DNA of 63,562 bases, counting the filler, from Octopus bimaculoides (lineage: Eukaryota), in NCBI RefSeq assembly GCF_001194135.2. It is 8 parts of 7 records of this genome, joined end to end, with 100 filler letters (N's around TTAATTAATTAA, not from the genome) between each part and the next. Parts side by side here need not be neighbours in the genome. Positions count along the whole stretch, not along the records: positions 61,966 to 63,562 come from NC_069009.1; 7 more parts are not named here. One strand, given 5' to 3'. The notes beneath the pieces are model-generated. The model made no database searches. It was not told the DNA's origin and saw nothing but the letters and a program-made list of their open reading frames with translations. Below are positions 63,057-63,562 of the stretch, piece by piece (positions within the stretch are counted from its first letter, which is position 1; every line of letters starts with the position of its first letter). The translations under genes and the position numbers were made by a program.

Positions 63057-63269
63057 CCGACATCCGTTCCATTGACACACAACACAAAACAGCTTTTTGT
63101 TGCCAATATTTGTGGAGTGTAATTTAATTTCCTCTAATAAATCAAAACCGGCTTTCGGACTGATTATGTTTCTCATGTAAATAATTAGAATTAAATTCGG
63201 TCTGAGATCAATGTTCACTTTGGATAACAATGCAGTACAAACAAGCGGATCAATAAAGAGATAATACAC
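63057..63269 (-). CDS. Putative internal coding exon of an unidentified gene (71 aa: VYYLFIDPLVCTALLSKVNIDLRPNLILIIYMRNIISPKAGFDLLEEIKLHSTNIGNKKLFCVVCQWNGCR)
   Basis: Pyrimidine-rich CAG acceptor (63270-63272), CGG|GTAATA donor (63051-63056), phase 0-0, fully open, non-repetitive, protein-like composition. Family not recognised. Confidence 0.5.
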
Positions 63270-63562
63270 CTGCTACAGAAACAGTCACATGCACAGGAAG
63301 AGGGAGTGTGGCACCATTATGGCAAGATAGAGAGTGTTCAGTTCTTGAAACAGTCTCCCACATTGGAGGAATTAAGTGTAAGCTGCCTTAGCTAACAATA
63401 AACTATTGAGAGAGGAAGCCTGTATCAAAAGCTTCCAGTATTGTTTAGATTACTATATACATAAATATACATAAATGTATACATGCATGTGTGCTTATAT
63501 ATACACACATGTATGTCTACATATATACACATGTAAACATTTTTATATATATATATATATAT

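Noticed and set aside
18600-63562. SERF-like gene upstream of HYPK, as in vertebrates
   Set aside because: No MTRGNQR-like coding sequence was found by eye; gaps could hide it.

Overview
Eukaryotic, AT-rich, repeat-saturated genomic DNA from a draft assembly with many N gaps. Seven gaps are 100 bp long and contain a TTAATTAATTAA linker. The dense (TA)n/(CA)n/(GATA)n/trinucleotide microsatellites, the tRNA-headed SINE families and the RTE, Dong/R4 and Penelope LINE relics look like a coleoid cephalopod, most likely Octopus. That assignment is my inference from repeat content, not a database result. One host gene can be fully reconstructed by hand: a 3-exon HYPK (huntingtin-interacting protein K) on the minus strand, 18599-10806, 118 aa. 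An unidentified 213-nt exon-like open frame lies at 63269-63057. The rest is transposon-derived: RTE LINE copies (one with an open RT domain; others show a PHD finger after the RT), a Dong/R4 3' end, a Penelope GIY-YIG fossil, DD37D (maT-type) and DD37E (TRT-type) transposase relics, hAT and piggyBac-like MITEs, and dozens of SINEs. The most interesting unexplained signals are (i) hammerhead-ribozyme-like motifs of the Penelope minimal type, including a two-copy family with a long stem II insertion, (ii) a candidate poison exon and a fold-back SINE in HYPK introns, and (iii) a 95-bp-arm palindrome centred on (TA)n. No rRNA, genuine tRNA gene or CRISPR array was seen. Almost all ORFs in the supplied track are microsatellite or gap artefacts. 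Repeat boundaries are approximate (about 10-30 bp) unless TSDs or splice sites are given.
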